A DNA stretch of 64,000 nt, from the IMG/VR virus record IMGVR_UViG_3300031992_000019; one strand, written 5' to 3'. Positions 46,707 through 56,413 of this stretch are shown piece after piece. The notes under the pieces are model-generated. The model saw only the letters and a program-made list of their open reading frames with translations, was not told where the DNA came from and ran no database searches. This DNA is from a virus. Its lineage: Duplodnaviria; Caudoviricetes. Every line of letters starts with the position of its first letter. Positions within the stretch are counted from its first letter, which is position 1. The translations under genes and the position numbers were made by a program.

Positions 46707-47171
46707 TTAATATCGGGAGGCGGTAGAATAGACGGAGAGGTAGGCATCGTCGGCAGCCTTCTGAGCGTCGTCAATATTGAAGGCACGGCCAAGCTGGAGG
46801 CGCATCTGGAAGATGATGTAGGAGCGATATTTCTGACTGAGGTCGGAGAATACATCGCGGTAGAGCATACCCCACACCTGCTTGTTGTAGATTTCCCAGT
46901 TGCCGTAGCGCTTCATATCGACGAATCGCATGACGAGGGGGATCTGCGAGATGACCTCGGCCGTGGAACCTTGCACCTGCAGCTGGGACAGACGCTGACG
47001 GAGGGTGCCGATGATGTGCTCGCCCGCGCCGACGTAGTAGCGGCGATGTTGAAGGCGGCGCTCCATGCCTCGTTGGGTGGCAATCTCGAGCTGTCGGTCG
47101 TAGATCTTGCGGATGCCGTAGTCGAGAACCTGTTGGAGGAAACCTTGCACCTGCAGTTCGTTCTGGTCCAT
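46707..47171 (-). CDS. Putative neck/tail protein
   Basis: 154 aa in the virion operon. Confidence 0.5.
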   Translation of the reverse strand: MDQNELQVQGFLQQVLDYGIRKIYDRQLEIATQRGMERRLQHRRYYVGAGEHIIGTLRQRLSQLQVQGSTAEVISQIPLVMRFVDMKRYGNWEIYNKQVWGMLYRDVFSDLSQKYRSYIIFQMRLQLGRAFNIDDAQKAADDAYLSVYSTASRY

Positions 47172-47196
47172 GGTCGGGTGTTACAGTGTTACGTGG

Positions 47197-47694
47197 TTAC
47201 ATATCGGGAGGGCAATCGACCGTCTCGAACGAGAACCCGAGGGACCATCCGGCGAGGTTGCCATATACTCCCGTTTCGGGCATCGTAGAGAAGCTGCGAA
47301 GGTCGAGGCGGTTGAGGAGGTGACATCCGGCAGCCTTGTCGTTTATCATCGTGTACTTGATGGCCTCGATGAGCGGCTGGGTCTCCACGCACACCCTGAC
47401 TGCATCTCTTCCATGACGCTGGGGGTCGAACTTGTCGAGCAGTACGATGACCACCGTGGTCCGTTCGGTCACGTCATCGACATCATCAGAGGTGGAGACA
47501 GCCGACGGGAGGAGCAGACCGAGGACGGGGAGGTCGTCTTTGGTGAGCGCCTGGTACTTCTTGCCGGCATCGGCATCGACCGTATCAACGACGAAGCCGT
47601 GGATGCCTTTGATGCGCCCATCTTCGAGGTGGTGTCTTGACCTGTTGCCGGCCAGATCCTGGAAGTAGCTGATGAGATCCTTGAGATTTACCAT
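47197..47694 (-). CDS. Putative tail terminator-like protein
   Basis: 165 aa; C-terminal LAGWSLGFSF. Confidence 0.5.
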   Translation of the reverse strand: MVNLKDLISYFQDLAGNRSRHHLEDGRIKGIHGFVVDTVDADAGKKYQALTKDDLPVLGLLLPSAVSTSDDVDDVTERTTVVIVLLDKFDPQRHGRDAVRVCVETQPLIEAIKYTMINDKAAGCHLLNRLDLRSFSTMPETGVYGNLAGWSLGFSFETVDCPPDM

Positions 47695-47697
47695 TGA

Positions 47698-47823
47698 TCA
47701 TTTTTGTTTTTCGCGCCATTCGGAGTGGTTTTCGCATTTCGGGTGCTCACTGTGGGAGCAGTAGGAACGGCCGAAAGCGAAGGCCCAAAAGGCACAGTTT
47801 TCGCATCGTTTATTTCTTGGCAT
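47698..47823 (-). CDS. Small Cys/His-rich peptide (41 aa)
   Basis: MPRNKRCENCAFW...YCSHSEHPKCENH... Confidence 0.4.
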   Translation of the reverse strand: MPRNKRCENCAFWAFAFGRSYCSHSEHPKCENHSEWREKQK

Positions 47824-48394
47824 AGTATTCGTAGGCTTTCTTTAGCTTCTCATCGTATCGGTTGATTTTATAGCCCGAGCCATTGTAGAGGCGGGCGAAG
47901 GTCTGCCAATCCTTTTGGACGAGTGCAGCCTTCATTCGGGAATTGTTGCGGATGAATACAGCCGTGAGGATGAGCTGCTCTTCCTCAGAGGTGGACATCT
48001 TCGAGACGAAGGAACGGACCGACGATTCGCCGCATGCCTGGTGGTTGAAGCCCATGACCTGGAACATGCCCCAAGATGCGCTGCAGAGCGCTGCTTCCTC
48101 GTGGATGGCCTTGGCACGTTCGAGACGTTCCCATTCGCCTGCGCCTCCCTTATACCAGGCTTTTGTCCACTTCGGGTAGAGGATATCCTCATTGGCCGGG
48201 AGGTACTTGTTGGGGTCGATGCCTCGTTTCTTGAGTTGTTGCCAAAAGATGTGGCCCTCGAAGAGGATGGTGGGCTTGCCACACACGAGGAACCCGCCAC
48301 GGCCACCTGTCTCGACCTTCTGCACGGCCTGAAGGGCTGCAGGTTCACATCCGAGGATGCGGGCTGTACGAATGAAGTCTTCCTTTTTAAGCAT
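47810..48394 (-). CDS. Endolysin, N-acetylmuramidase (DUF3380-type)
   Basis: AVQKVETGG, ILFEGHIF, SWGMFQVMGFN and FARLYNG motifs. Confidence 0.9.
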   Translation of the reverse strand: MLKKEDFIRTARILGCEPAALQAVQKVETGGRGGFLVCGKPTILFEGHIFWQQLKKRGIDPNKYLPANEDILYPKWTKAWYKGGAGEWERLERAKAIHEEAALCSASWGMFQVMGFNHQACGESSVRSFVSKMSTSEEEQLILTAVFIRNNSRMKAALVQKDWQTFARLYNGSGYKINRYDEKLKKAYEYYAKK

Positions 48395-49166
48395 GGGGTT
48401 TGGGCTTTTTGGAGTGAAGATACTCGAACTTGACCTTGTAGATGTAGATCAGCACGTCCCAGAAGTCGGACTCGTTGACCTGATTGAGAGGACCGAAGGG
48501 TCCATCCTTGGCCACTTCCATGGCGACACCTATCCATCCGGTGTGGTCGTCGAGGTGGGCGATGGCGTTGTCGGCCGACTTGAAGATGATCGAGAAGTCG
48601 ATGTCGCTGCCTCCGATATTGATGGGCTGCGTCATGATGGCGTGCCACACCGAGGCGAAATAGTTGATGCAGTGGGTGACGAGCATCATCGGAGGGTCGG
48701 CCAGGTTCTTGCCTTCGCGGTGGTAGAGTGCCCTGGTCACTTCGATGAACAATCGTTCGCGCTCATCTTCGTCGAGGCCATCCTTGACAGCCTGGCAAAA
48801 TGCCGTGTAGGCCGTGAGCCAAGCGCCGAAGGTCAGACCGTTGAACATATCGCCCGGGCCTTTCCATCCGTGGAACTCGGGCATCAGGTTGCGACAGGTC
48901 TCCAGCTTGAGCGTCGCGCCTTCGAGGATGCCCGATATCTTGTCCTTCTGTGCCATGACCTCCTCGATGATGGGGACCTTGTATGCCATGACCGAAGTCA
49001 CGCCCAGGAGGGCAGACATCACTTCGTCCAGGAGTGTGTCTTCGTCGATGGCTGCGAGGCTGAGCTCACAGCTGGCACGAAGCAGGCGGCGGTACTGCTC
49101 GGGCGTGCATTCGTCGGTGATGCTTGGCACCTGACGGGGTTTGCCCTTGAAGATGATCTCTACCAT
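48387..49166 (-). CDS. Phage hypothetical protein
   Basis: 259-aa coupled ORF in the virion operon. Confidence 0.65.
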   Translation of the reverse strand: MVEIIFKGKPRQVPSITDECTPEQYRRLLRASCELSLAAIDEDTLLDEVMSALLGVTSVMAYKVPIIEEVMAQKDKISGILEGATLKLETCRNLMPEFHGWKGPGDMFNGLTFGAWLTAYTAFCQAVKDGLDEDERERLFIEVTRALYHREGKNLADPPMMLVTHCINYFASVWHAIMTQPINIGGSDIDFSIIFKSADNAIAHLDDHTGWIGVAMEVAKDGPFGPLNQVNESDFWDVLIYIYKVKFEYLHSKKPKPHA

Positions 49167-49172
49167 GGTGCG

Positions 49173-50138
49173 TCAGAATGATATGCCGGTCTTCTGGACT
49201 GTGGCCTGTGGGACGTAGTAGTCGGGCTCGTCGATGAGCTTGGCTTCGGCATCAATCGTCTGGATGGCGTTGGTGAGGATGTTCAGGAACTCCTCGGCAT
49301 CCTTGCTCAGATTCTGGGCTACGCTGTTGCGTGCCTGCTGTTCGGCCTTCATGCGGTCGCGGACCATGCCAACCTGCTGCACCTGGACGATGCCATCGGG
49401 CAGCACTTCGATGGGGAGACGCTCGACTGCACGCTTCATGGCGAGGAGGGCGAGGGGACGCTGCACCATGGGGAGGATATTGGCGGGGAGGTCGGAGGTG
49501 CCATCGAGGAGGGCCGACATCCTCTGATATCCCAAGATGGGGACGAGGTAGGCATCCTGCACTTCGCGGATCATCGGGATGAGCGTCAGGAACAGACGAT
49601 GCGAACCAATCACGAAGAACTCGTCGAAGGTGTCCTTGTCGCGGATGAGCAGCGTCTGCAGCTGCTGGTGTTTCTTCGAGGTGGTCCACCACGAGAAGGC
49701 CTGCTCTTCCATTTCGGCTACCAGCGCATCGACTGCCTGGTATGCCATGGAGCGGATGTTCTCTTCATCCTTGAACTCCTGGACGGCCGTCATTCCGTGC
49801 TCGTTTTCGCCCAGGTGCTTGCCTCGACCGGCGGTTGAGTGCTGGGCGTCGAGCGTCGGGATCACCTTGATCCAGGCAAACATGGCAATGGCCTGCTGTG
49901 CGAGTCGTAGGGCTTCGTCCCAGTCCTTGTCTGCATCGGCCTGCGTCTTCGTGTCTTCACGATAGTAGGCATCGAGGGCTGTGACAGGTTCGGGGCCGAT
50001 AATCGAGACGAGCTCCTTGGTGGCGAGTGGGAGGATAGGTTCCCACTTGGTAAATTCGAGGTCGCGGTCTATCAGGCCGAGGACGTTGACCAGTTCCTGA
50101 TCACCGAGGCCGTCGCGGTTGAATAGTTTGGTAATCAT
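49173..50138 (-). CDS. Putative head-tail connector (DUF6712-like)
   Basis: 321-aa helical protein directly after the portal. Confidence 0.55.
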   Translation of the reverse strand: MITKLFNRDGLGDQELVNVLGLIDRDLEFTKWEPILPLATKELVSIIGPEPVTALDAYYREDTKTQADADKDWDEALRLAQQAIAMFAWIKVIPTLDAQHSTAGRGKHLGENEHGMTAVQEFKDEENIRSMAYQAVDALVAEMEEQAFSWWTTSKKHQQLQTLLIRDKDTFDEFFVIGSHRLFLTLIPMIREVQDAYLVPILGYQRMSALLDGTSDLPANILPMVQRPLALLAMKRAVERLPIEVLPDGIVQVQQVGMVRDRMKAEQQARNSVAQNLSKDAEEFLNILTNAIQTIDAEAKLIDEPDYYVPQATVQKTGISF

Positions 50139-51511
50139 TGCTCGTTGGTGTTTCTGACCCGATTCTCGGGCGTTATGTTCTGTTCGCTGTCAATGGAGGG
50201 GCGGTAGAAGCCGACGCGGGTCTTGGTTCCCGGATGGTTGGCCATGATGTAGTACGTCAGAGGTCGGCAGATGATCATGTCGGGGATGGATGTCTCGGTG
50301 GCGAGGTGCACCTTCATCGAGTAGAGCTTCTCGCTGCCTGAGCTGAGCTTGTTCTCCATGATGAGATTCGCAAGAGCAGGGTCGAGACCGAAACCGGATG
50401 TCGCGGCAGCGTCGGCCTTGTTGGCGATTTGGATCTGCGATTCCACGTAGTCCTTCAGCTTCTTGTCGACTGGGGTGATGGTCCAGCCCGTGAAGGCATC
50501 GGCTTCTGCGTCGAACTCCTTCGTGGTGTGGAGATACTTGCCCGCGTTGTCGGCTCCGGAAATGTTCTCGGCGAACTTCTTCATCTGTGCATCCTTGAAA
50601 TCCTCGAGCATTCGTGGCGAGTAGGTCTTGCCTTCGCGGGCACATTTCTCCTTGATGCGTTCTTCGGCCTTGTCCCAATATGATTGAGGGCTTTCGATGT
50701 GGAGCGATATCGACGAGGCGTTGGTGTTGTAGTTCTGAAGGATATCGGCGAGACCTCCGGCAAGTTCCAGCCACTTCCAGGCTCCCAAGAATTTCGGCAT
50801 CGCATAGAAGTCCTGCCCGAAGGTGTACTCTGAGCAGTAGAGCATCGAGATGGGATGGCGGAATGGGTCTGAAGGGTTGAACATCGGATAGACGCCGACG
50901 TAGTTCGGGTCAACGAACGGGAAGTCGGCAACCATCACACCGGGGCAGACGTCTGAGCCTTCGTGAGGATAGAGGAGCCTGCACTTCTTCAGAGGCACAT
51001 GTTCGAGCTTCATCAGCCGGCCGGGGCCACCTACACGAGGGGCACGGTTGCGGTAGATCTTGACGAAGAAGCCGCGCATGTGGTTGTAGTCTTCGGCGCA
51101 CGCCTTCAGGAACTGCTGCCAGTCAGGGGTGTTGGTCCAGCCCTGCAGGTCGGCCATCACTTCCTGGTCTTCCTTCCATCGACGGACGAACCGGTTCGCC
51201 TGCATGTCGATGTCGTCTTCGTACAGGTGAGGGCCTTGACCCCATTGCAGGCCGGTGATCTTCGAGAGGATGCCTTCGGCTGCGTAGAATCGGTGCAGCA
51301 GGTGGCACACGGCCTCGGGCATGTCATTGTGTGGACCCCATGGCACGATGTCGTGACCTGCCACCTTCATCTTGGGAATGCCTCGGGCTCCATTGCCCCA
51401 CAGCAGCAGGCTGCTCGGCACGAACGACTTGCCCATCGTGAACTCCACGAGGCCGTTCACTCCAGGAACTCCGTCTATGATGCCGGTATTGCCGGCTCTG
51501 TAGTACTTCAT
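50135..51511 (-). CDS. Portal protein
   Basis: VPWGPHNDMP, GADNAGK and SSGSE motifs; 458 aa. Confidence 0.75.
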   Translation of the reverse strand: MKYYRAGNTGIIDGVPGVNGLVEFTMGKSFVPSSLLLWGNGARGIPKMKVAGHDIVPWGPHNDMPEAVCHLLHRFYAAEGILSKITGLQWGQGPHLYEDDIDMQANRFVRRWKEDQEVMADLQGWTNTPDWQQFLKACAEDYNHMRGFFVKIYRNRAPRVGGPGRLMKLEHVPLKKCRLLYPHEGSDVCPGVMVADFPFVDPNYVGVYPMFNPSDPFRHPISMLYCSEYTFGQDFYAMPKFLGAWKWLELAGGLADILQNYNTNASSISLHIESPQSYWDKAEERIKEKCAREGKTYSPRMLEDFKDAQMKKFAENISGADNAGKYLHTTKEFDAEADAFTGWTITPVDKKLKDYVESQIQIANKADAAATSGFGLDPALANLIMENKLSSGSEKLYSMKVHLATETSIPDMIICRPLTYYIMANHPGTKTRVGFYRPSIDSEQNITPENRVRNTNEQ

Positions 51512-51530
51512 GATGATGGTAGTTTATGAG

Positions 51531-51812
51531 TTAATCGAGGTTGCAGCTCTCTCCGTTGAACTCTACGATGAGAGGTTGCCAGCATGTCATCGACTGCTGA
51601 CGGTCGAGGTCGGTGAAGAACAGCTTGTGGTCGGCGTTGGCCACGCTCTCGTTGGCTGCTGCAGCCCTGCATCTTGCCCGTGGCACGTAGCAGAGGTCTC
51701 CACCTGTCCCCTTCTGTCGGTTCCACTTGCGGAACTTGATCGAGAAGGTTGCCTCCGTGTCCTTAGTTGCCCTTGCTTGGGCTACCGCGAGGAAAACATT
51801 GATTTTAGACAT
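51531..51812 (-). CDS. Hypothetical protein
   Basis: Start MSKINV; FSIKF...LIVEFNG. Confidence 0.6.
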   Translation of the reverse strand: MSKINVFLAVAQARATKDTEATFSIKFRKWNRQKGTGGDLCYVPRARCRAAAANESVANADHKLFFTDLDRQQSMTCWQPLIVEFNGESCNLD

Positions 51813-52315
51813 TTGATCAATCCGATTTTGTGCGCCAATATCACCAGGGCAGCGAGTAAGATGAGTCGAACCACGATCCCCACATAGGGGCGAAGTCCCA
51901 CGACGCGAGTCTCTCGCACATGAGCCACTGTCTCCACCTCTCGATCTGTTCCTCCGACATGGGTGGAAAAGGTGGCCGTGTCTCTGATGACGTGCATGGA
52001 GACGTCGTTTTGCCACGTTTTGCCGCTTGAAACGCCCGTCCGCTCTCGATGGATCCTGATGACCGTGGGCTTTCCGGCTTCGTTGTAATCGACATCGACT
52101 CGCACGTCTTCGACCTCTCTGAGGCTGTCTCGCTCTTCGTGGATCTGCTCGACTCTGAGCGTGTCGGCGTGCAATCGCCCTGCATGTTTGGTCGTGTCAG
52201 CTGTGACAGTATGAACCACTTCTCGACTATCGACCGTAGAAACGCGCTTAGTCCTGCAAGAGCTGCAACCAAGCAGCACAACAAGAAGAACCCAGCCATA
52301 GATCCACGCTTTCAT
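51782..52315 (-). CDS. Lipoprotein with a C-terminal TM helix (unimolecular spanin-like)
   Basis: Signal peptide and lipobox LLGC/SSC; C-terminal hydrophobic helix. Confidence 0.6.
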   Translation of the reverse strand: MKAWIYGWVLLVVLLGCSSCRTKRVSTVDSREVVHTVTADTTKHAGRLHADTLRVEQIHEERDSLREVEDVRVDVDYNEAGKPTVIRIHRERTGVSSGKTWQNDVSMHVIRDTATFSTHVGGTDREVETVAHVRETRVVGLRPYVGIVVRLILLAALVILAHKIGLIKCLKSMFSSR

Positions 52316-52316
52316 G

Positions 52317-52640
52317 CTATCCGGTGTATTTCCGAGAGCGACGTGCTCTCAGGTTCTTCCACTGCTGGCCAGTCTGCTGCAGACGGATGCCATAGTACTT
52401 CGGCGGCAGTCCGCTCTCATGGGCGAGGAATCCAGGCACAAACGGGAGGCCGTTCTGGACAGCCTGCTGCTGACGTACCACTACCCGCTGCTCTGGGGCG
52501 TTGCGGTTCTGGTTGGGTGCAGTCCGTTGTCCTTGCTGCTGGCTGATACCAGGTGTGTTGTTGATTACTTCTGGAGCAGTTGTCGAAGCAGCTCCAAGCA
52601 TTGCAGCCAACAGGGCTGCGACGGTTGTCGTTTTCTTCAT
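52317..52640 (-). CDS. Hypothetical protein with a signal-like N-terminus
   Basis: MKKTTTVAALLAAMLGAA...PPKYYG. Confidence 0.55.
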   Translation of the reverse strand: MKKTTTVAALLAAMLGAASTTAPEVINNTPGISQQQGQRTAPNQNRNAPEQRVVVRQQQAVQNGLPFVPGFLAHESGLPPKYYGIRLQQTGQQWKNLRARRSRKYTG

Positions 52641-52644
52641 AGGT

Positions 52645-53097
52645 TTATGAGTTAGGGGTTGATGAATCTTCGTCTTCTGGAACTTCGGGAACTTCCGGGG
52701 TTTCCTGCGAGTTCCACCACAGCTGCTGCTCGGTGAGCTTCCGTTTCGTTTCACATGTTGGAGCAGCCGAACAGGTGAGCGGCAGCACCTCGTTGAGTTT
52801 CCGATTGACGAGCTGCACCTGGTTCTGCAGGGTGTTCGACCGTTGATCCAATCGCTTGACCTGTCTCTGTGTCTCGGTGAGTTCGCCTCGTAGCTGGTCC
52901 TTCTCTTCTATCAGTCGGCCCCTGTCGGAGTTCAGGTCTGTGATGAGAGCCTGGTATATTTCCTGCGATGTCTTCGTCGCGTTCGCCTCTTCCTGCTTCC
53001 GGGTATAGCGAATCGTGAAGATCCAACTGATTCCGCCGCCGGCAAATAGTGAGGCGATGCAGGGGATGATGATGTTAACCAGTTCGATGTTGTCCAT
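52645..53097 (-). CDS. Membrane-anchored coiled-coil protein (holin/lysis-associated candidate)
   Basis: N-terminal TM with GGGISW, then a coiled coil and CxxxxxC. Confidence 0.55.
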   Translation of the reverse strand: MDNIELVNIIIPCIASLFAGGGISWIFTIRYTRKQEEANATKTSQEIYQALITDLNSDRGRLIEEKDQLRGELTETQRQVKRLDQRSNTLQNQVQLVNRKLNEVLPLTCSAAPTCETKRKLTEQQLWWNSQETPEVPEVPEDEDSSTPNS

Positions 53098-53116
53098 GTC
53101 GGTGTTATTTTTTTTA

Positions 53117-53157
53117 CGATGCAAAGATACGCGATTGCATTTTAAATTGAAAGTACA
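53117..53157 (-). promoter_or_regulatory. Phage B late-type promoter
   Basis: TGTACTTT-N20-TATCTTTGCATCG. Confidence 0.7.
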
Positions 53158-53351
53158 GAATCGGCGGGCGATTGCTCGAAATTTCGGATTTTTTGGTCAT
53201 ATTTCACCCTTTTAGGGTGAAGGCGAGCGCGAGGCGGCTTCTGGGCGGCTCGGCAACAGAAACGCGAAAAAAGGGGTTCGGATGAATGGCGAATGTTTGT
53301 CCGCTGATTCTCAATATGTACGCGCGCGCGAGGGCAAAATAACACGTAAAA

Positions 53352-53403
53352 TTACAACCCTTTTCCGTTTTGTTACAACCCCATTTTCGAGTTGTTACAA
53401 CCC
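53352..53403 (+). repeat. Three phased TTACAACCC repeats
   Basis: Starts at 53352, 53373 and 53395. Confidence 0.75.
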
Positions 53404-53569
53404 TATTTTGTCGAAATGTCGCCGATTTTCGGGCGTTTGCGTTCGGGAAATTGGTGTTTTGTGCCAATTTGTTGACGTTAAACGCCAATTTATTGAACTT
53501 TCGGGACGATTTTGGCCAAATTTCGGGGGATTTTTGGATAATTCTCGCCAATTTTTCGGCAAAACTTCC

Positions 53570-55321
53570 TCAGAGGCCGGACGATGGGTCGGACTGGGAG
53601 GTGAGGGAGTCGAACCACTGGTCAACAGCTCCGGAGGAGGAGCTTCCAGAGGTGGAGACAGTGCGATGAGCGACACTGAGCCAATCCTTTCGCATGAGGA
53701 GGTACTTGAAGGCGTCCGAGAAGTTGGTCGAGAGCATCGGGAGTTTCTTGAGATCAAGTTTCTCTGTCTTCTTCACTTTCCGGACTATCTTGGAGTCGCC
53801 CTGATAGGTGACTTCGGCCTTGGCCAGCTCGATGGACGATATCATCTCCCGGCAGTTGAGTGCATCGACCTGCAGGGCGGGGAGTGCCGGGCAGGTCCCT
53901 CCGAGGAGGGTGATCATGAAGGTGTACTCGGCATTTTGCCGGATGATGCCTTGTTTCCTCGACTTCAGATTGACGATCCATCCGGTGCGGTGGCCGTCGG
54001 CATCCTTCTCGACGGCATCCTTGAACTCGGAAGCCTGGTCTTTTTTCTGCTTGGCGTAATTATTACCGGCTCGGTCGTAGTAGAAGTCGAGCACCTTGTT
54101 GCCGTGACCTGCGAAGAACAGGAGGAACTGGTCGGCCAGCTGTCGGATGGACTGGGGTGCCAGCACGTACATCGACTTGTGGATGCGGTAGAGCGACGGG
54201 TTGTCGTACTGGCCGATAACCAGGGAGGTCTGATTGCCGAAGTCCATGCCGGCTTCGATCGGTCGATGCTGGTGGAGGTAGCGCAACTGGGACGAATTGG
54301 TAGCTGCCACACCATCGGCCGTGCCGTCGTAGTACTTGTGGGTCTCTGACCACAGCGTGTAGAAGCGAAGCTCTCGCTTCAGGCCCGGGCGCATACCGAA
54401 GACCGACTTCATTGCCTCGTGCATCTCGAGCGTACCTGAGAGGAGGCGACGGATGTACTCGACCGTCAGGATCTGGACGTTGACCAGGGAGGAGGCATTG
54501 AAGAAGAACGTCTGCCCCTTGCGCATCTTCCAGAGGCCTGCCTGCAGTCGGTCGATGCGTTCCTGCTGGCGACGGATGCGAAGCTGTGAAGAGTTGGCGC
54601 GTCGCTTTATGGACTCCATCTCGAGCAGTTCCTCGTTGAGGGCACAGGCCACGCGGGCGATGTTGTAGATGCGGTCGGCATCCATCTCGTCGGCATAACG
54701 GAAGAACCAGTCGAACTCTCCCTCGGTGATATCAGGCATGTCGGTGGTGATGGTGATCCCGAGGAACAGCACCGAGTTGCCGTAGGCCAGCGCATCGCCT
54801 CGAAGGATGGGGAAGGCACGGTTGACCTTTTGCTCCTTGTCGTACTTGGCCTCGTCCATGAAGAGGTGGACCACAGACTTGCCTGCGAGGAGCGAGGGAT
54901 TGTCCAGGGAACCGAGGAAGATGACGCAGCCGTTGGGGAACGATATCGCGTTGCGGTAGTCATCGACGATGACCGAGCAGCGACGGCGCCATGACTCGGG
55001 AGGGCGCTTGTACTTGATATAGTCGCGGCCCTCTGCCCAACCGAGGAGACCCCAGCCCTTCTGGACGGCCGGCATGATGTTGTCCTGAAGGTTGACGTAG
55101 GTGTTCGAGACGAAGGCGAAGGCTGCACCCGGCATGTCATAGACACAGCGGTAGGAACGTAGGGCCTGGATGACCGTTGACTTGGCCAGACCACGGCCAC
55201 CTATGACGACCATGACCGTCGTGCCTATCCAGTCGGTGAGGACCTGCAGGATGTGGCAGTAGCGGACATCCGTCTCGGGCGTTTTAGCTGCCCTCTTGAT
55301 CGCCGAAGTTCTTCTGGTCAT
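53570..55321 (-). CDS. terL: Terminase large subunit
   Basis: Walker A variant GGRGLAKS, Walker B LFMDE, nuclease AGMDFG. Confidence 0.85.
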   Translation of the reverse strand: MTRRTSAIKRAAKTPETDVRYCHILQVLTDWIGTTVMVVIGGRGLAKSTVIQALRSYRCVYDMPGAAFAFVSNTYVNLQDNIMPAVQKGWGLLGWAEGRDYIKYKRPPESWRRRCSVIVDDYRNAISFPNGCVIFLGSLDNPSLLAGKSVVHLFMDEAKYDKEQKVNRAFPILRGDALAYGNSVLFLGITITTDMPDITEGEFDWFFRYADEMDADRIYNIARVACALNEELLEMESIKRRANSSQLRIRRQQERIDRLQAGLWKMRKGQTFFFNASSLVNVQILTVEYIRRLLSGTLEMHEAMKSVFGMRPGLKRELRFYTLWSETHKYYDGTADGVAATNSSQLRYLHQHRPIEAGMDFGNQTSLVIGQYDNPSLYRIHKSMYVLAPQSIRQLADQFLLFFAGHGNKVLDFYYDRAGNNYAKQKKDQASEFKDAVEKDADGHRTGWIVNLKSRKQGIIRQNAEYTFMITLLGGTCPALPALQVDALNCREMISSIELAKAEVTYQGDSKIVRKVKKTEKLDLKKLPMLSTNFSDAFKYLLMRKDWLSVAHRTVSTSGSSSSGAVDQWFDSLTSQSDPSSGL

Positions 55322-55958
55322 ATAGGAGTCGCTTCTTGAGGTCCATCTTCGCCACGCCTGCGTCTTCCTTCAGGTTTTCGCGGACAACCTGCGGAATGTT
55401 AGGCACAGAGTCGATGATCTCGATGATCTCGGCCTCGTCGGGTTCGGGCAGACCGAGGTCAGAGGCCTTCGTGGTGTAGATAACGGTCGATGGTGGCGGG
55501 AGTTCGTCGGCTGCTTCGGCATCAAGTTCGGCAGCCTTGTCGGCACCTCTGAGGTGTGCAGCCTTCTCCATGATGGAGACGGCCAGCTTGAGGTTGCCGA
55601 TAGCGACAGCGGCCTCGGCCAGCTTGTCGAGCTTCTCGGCGTAGAGATTCGCCCACGCCTTGGGCGTGACGTTATCGACAGCGTAAAAGAAATTGATGGA
55701 GTCGTTGAAGATCTGACGGGCTGTCCAGTCGGTGACACCGTACTGGTTCTTGAGCAGCTTGATGATGCCGGCCTTGGTGATGGGTTTCCCTTCGGGTGTC
55801 ATGTGCCGGAGATTCAGACCACGCACGATGTCCATGAGCTCGTAGTATCGCTGCTCCTCTGGTGAGAGCATCGAGATGGAGCCCGTGGTCAATACCTGAT
55901 TGATGCGGGTCAGGTCTATCGATCGAAAATCTATCTTAGACACCGATTGTGAACTCAT
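55284..55958 (-). CDS. Putative terminase small subunit
   Basis: HTH-like helical protein directly upstream of terL. Confidence 0.5.
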   Translation of the reverse strand: MSSQSVSKIDFRSIDLTRINQVLTTGSISMLSPEEQRYYELMDIVRGLNLRHMTPEGKPITKAGIIKLLKNQYGVTDWTARQIFNDSINFFYAVDNVTPKAWANLYAEKLDKLAEAAVAIGNLKLAVSIMEKAAHLRGADKAAELDAEAADELPPPSTVIYTTKASDLGLPEPDEAEIIEIIDSVPNIPQVVRENLKEDAGVAKMDLKKRLLYDQKNFGDQEGS

Positions 55959-56274
55959 CGTCGTCGATTGCTTCTATGATGGCGTAATAGTGGTTGCGGT
56001 TGCAGATCTTCTGATAGGCTTCGATGGCGTCGGGGTCGCCACTTTCGGCAGCCTTGAGCACTACCCTATCGACGTGGCTCGACTCCTGTGCCGAACGAAT
56101 GATCTCGTAGAGACGGGTGCCTGAGACCTTCGCCTCGAGGACGAAGGCGCGGGCGTCCTCGGGGTTGAGACCGAGCACCTGGGCGATGCGCTTGGGCGAA
56201 TAACCCAGCGACACGAGGTCGTACACGGTGTCGGCCTGCAGTGGTGTGAGGGACTTGCCTATCTGGTCGGGCAT
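55936..56274 (-). CDS. HTH protein of the packaging region
   Basis: LGYSPKRIAQVLGL. Confidence 0.55.
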   Translation of the reverse strand: MPDQIGKSLTPLQADTVYDLVSLGYSPKRIAQVLGLNPEDARAFVLEAKVSGTRLYEIIRSAQESSHVDRVVLKAAESGDPDAIEAYQKICNRNHYYAIIEAIDDDEFTIGV

Positions 56275-56413
56275 GGTGGTAGGGATTTAAGCTGCTTCTT
56301 TATAACGTCGATGCGGGCGGTGAGCCGGCACAGCTGGAACCGTGCCTCTCCCCTATCGCATGGATGACGTGGAGGATGTGAGAGCAGTCGGTTGCGCTGC
56401 TCTGTGAGTCGTG

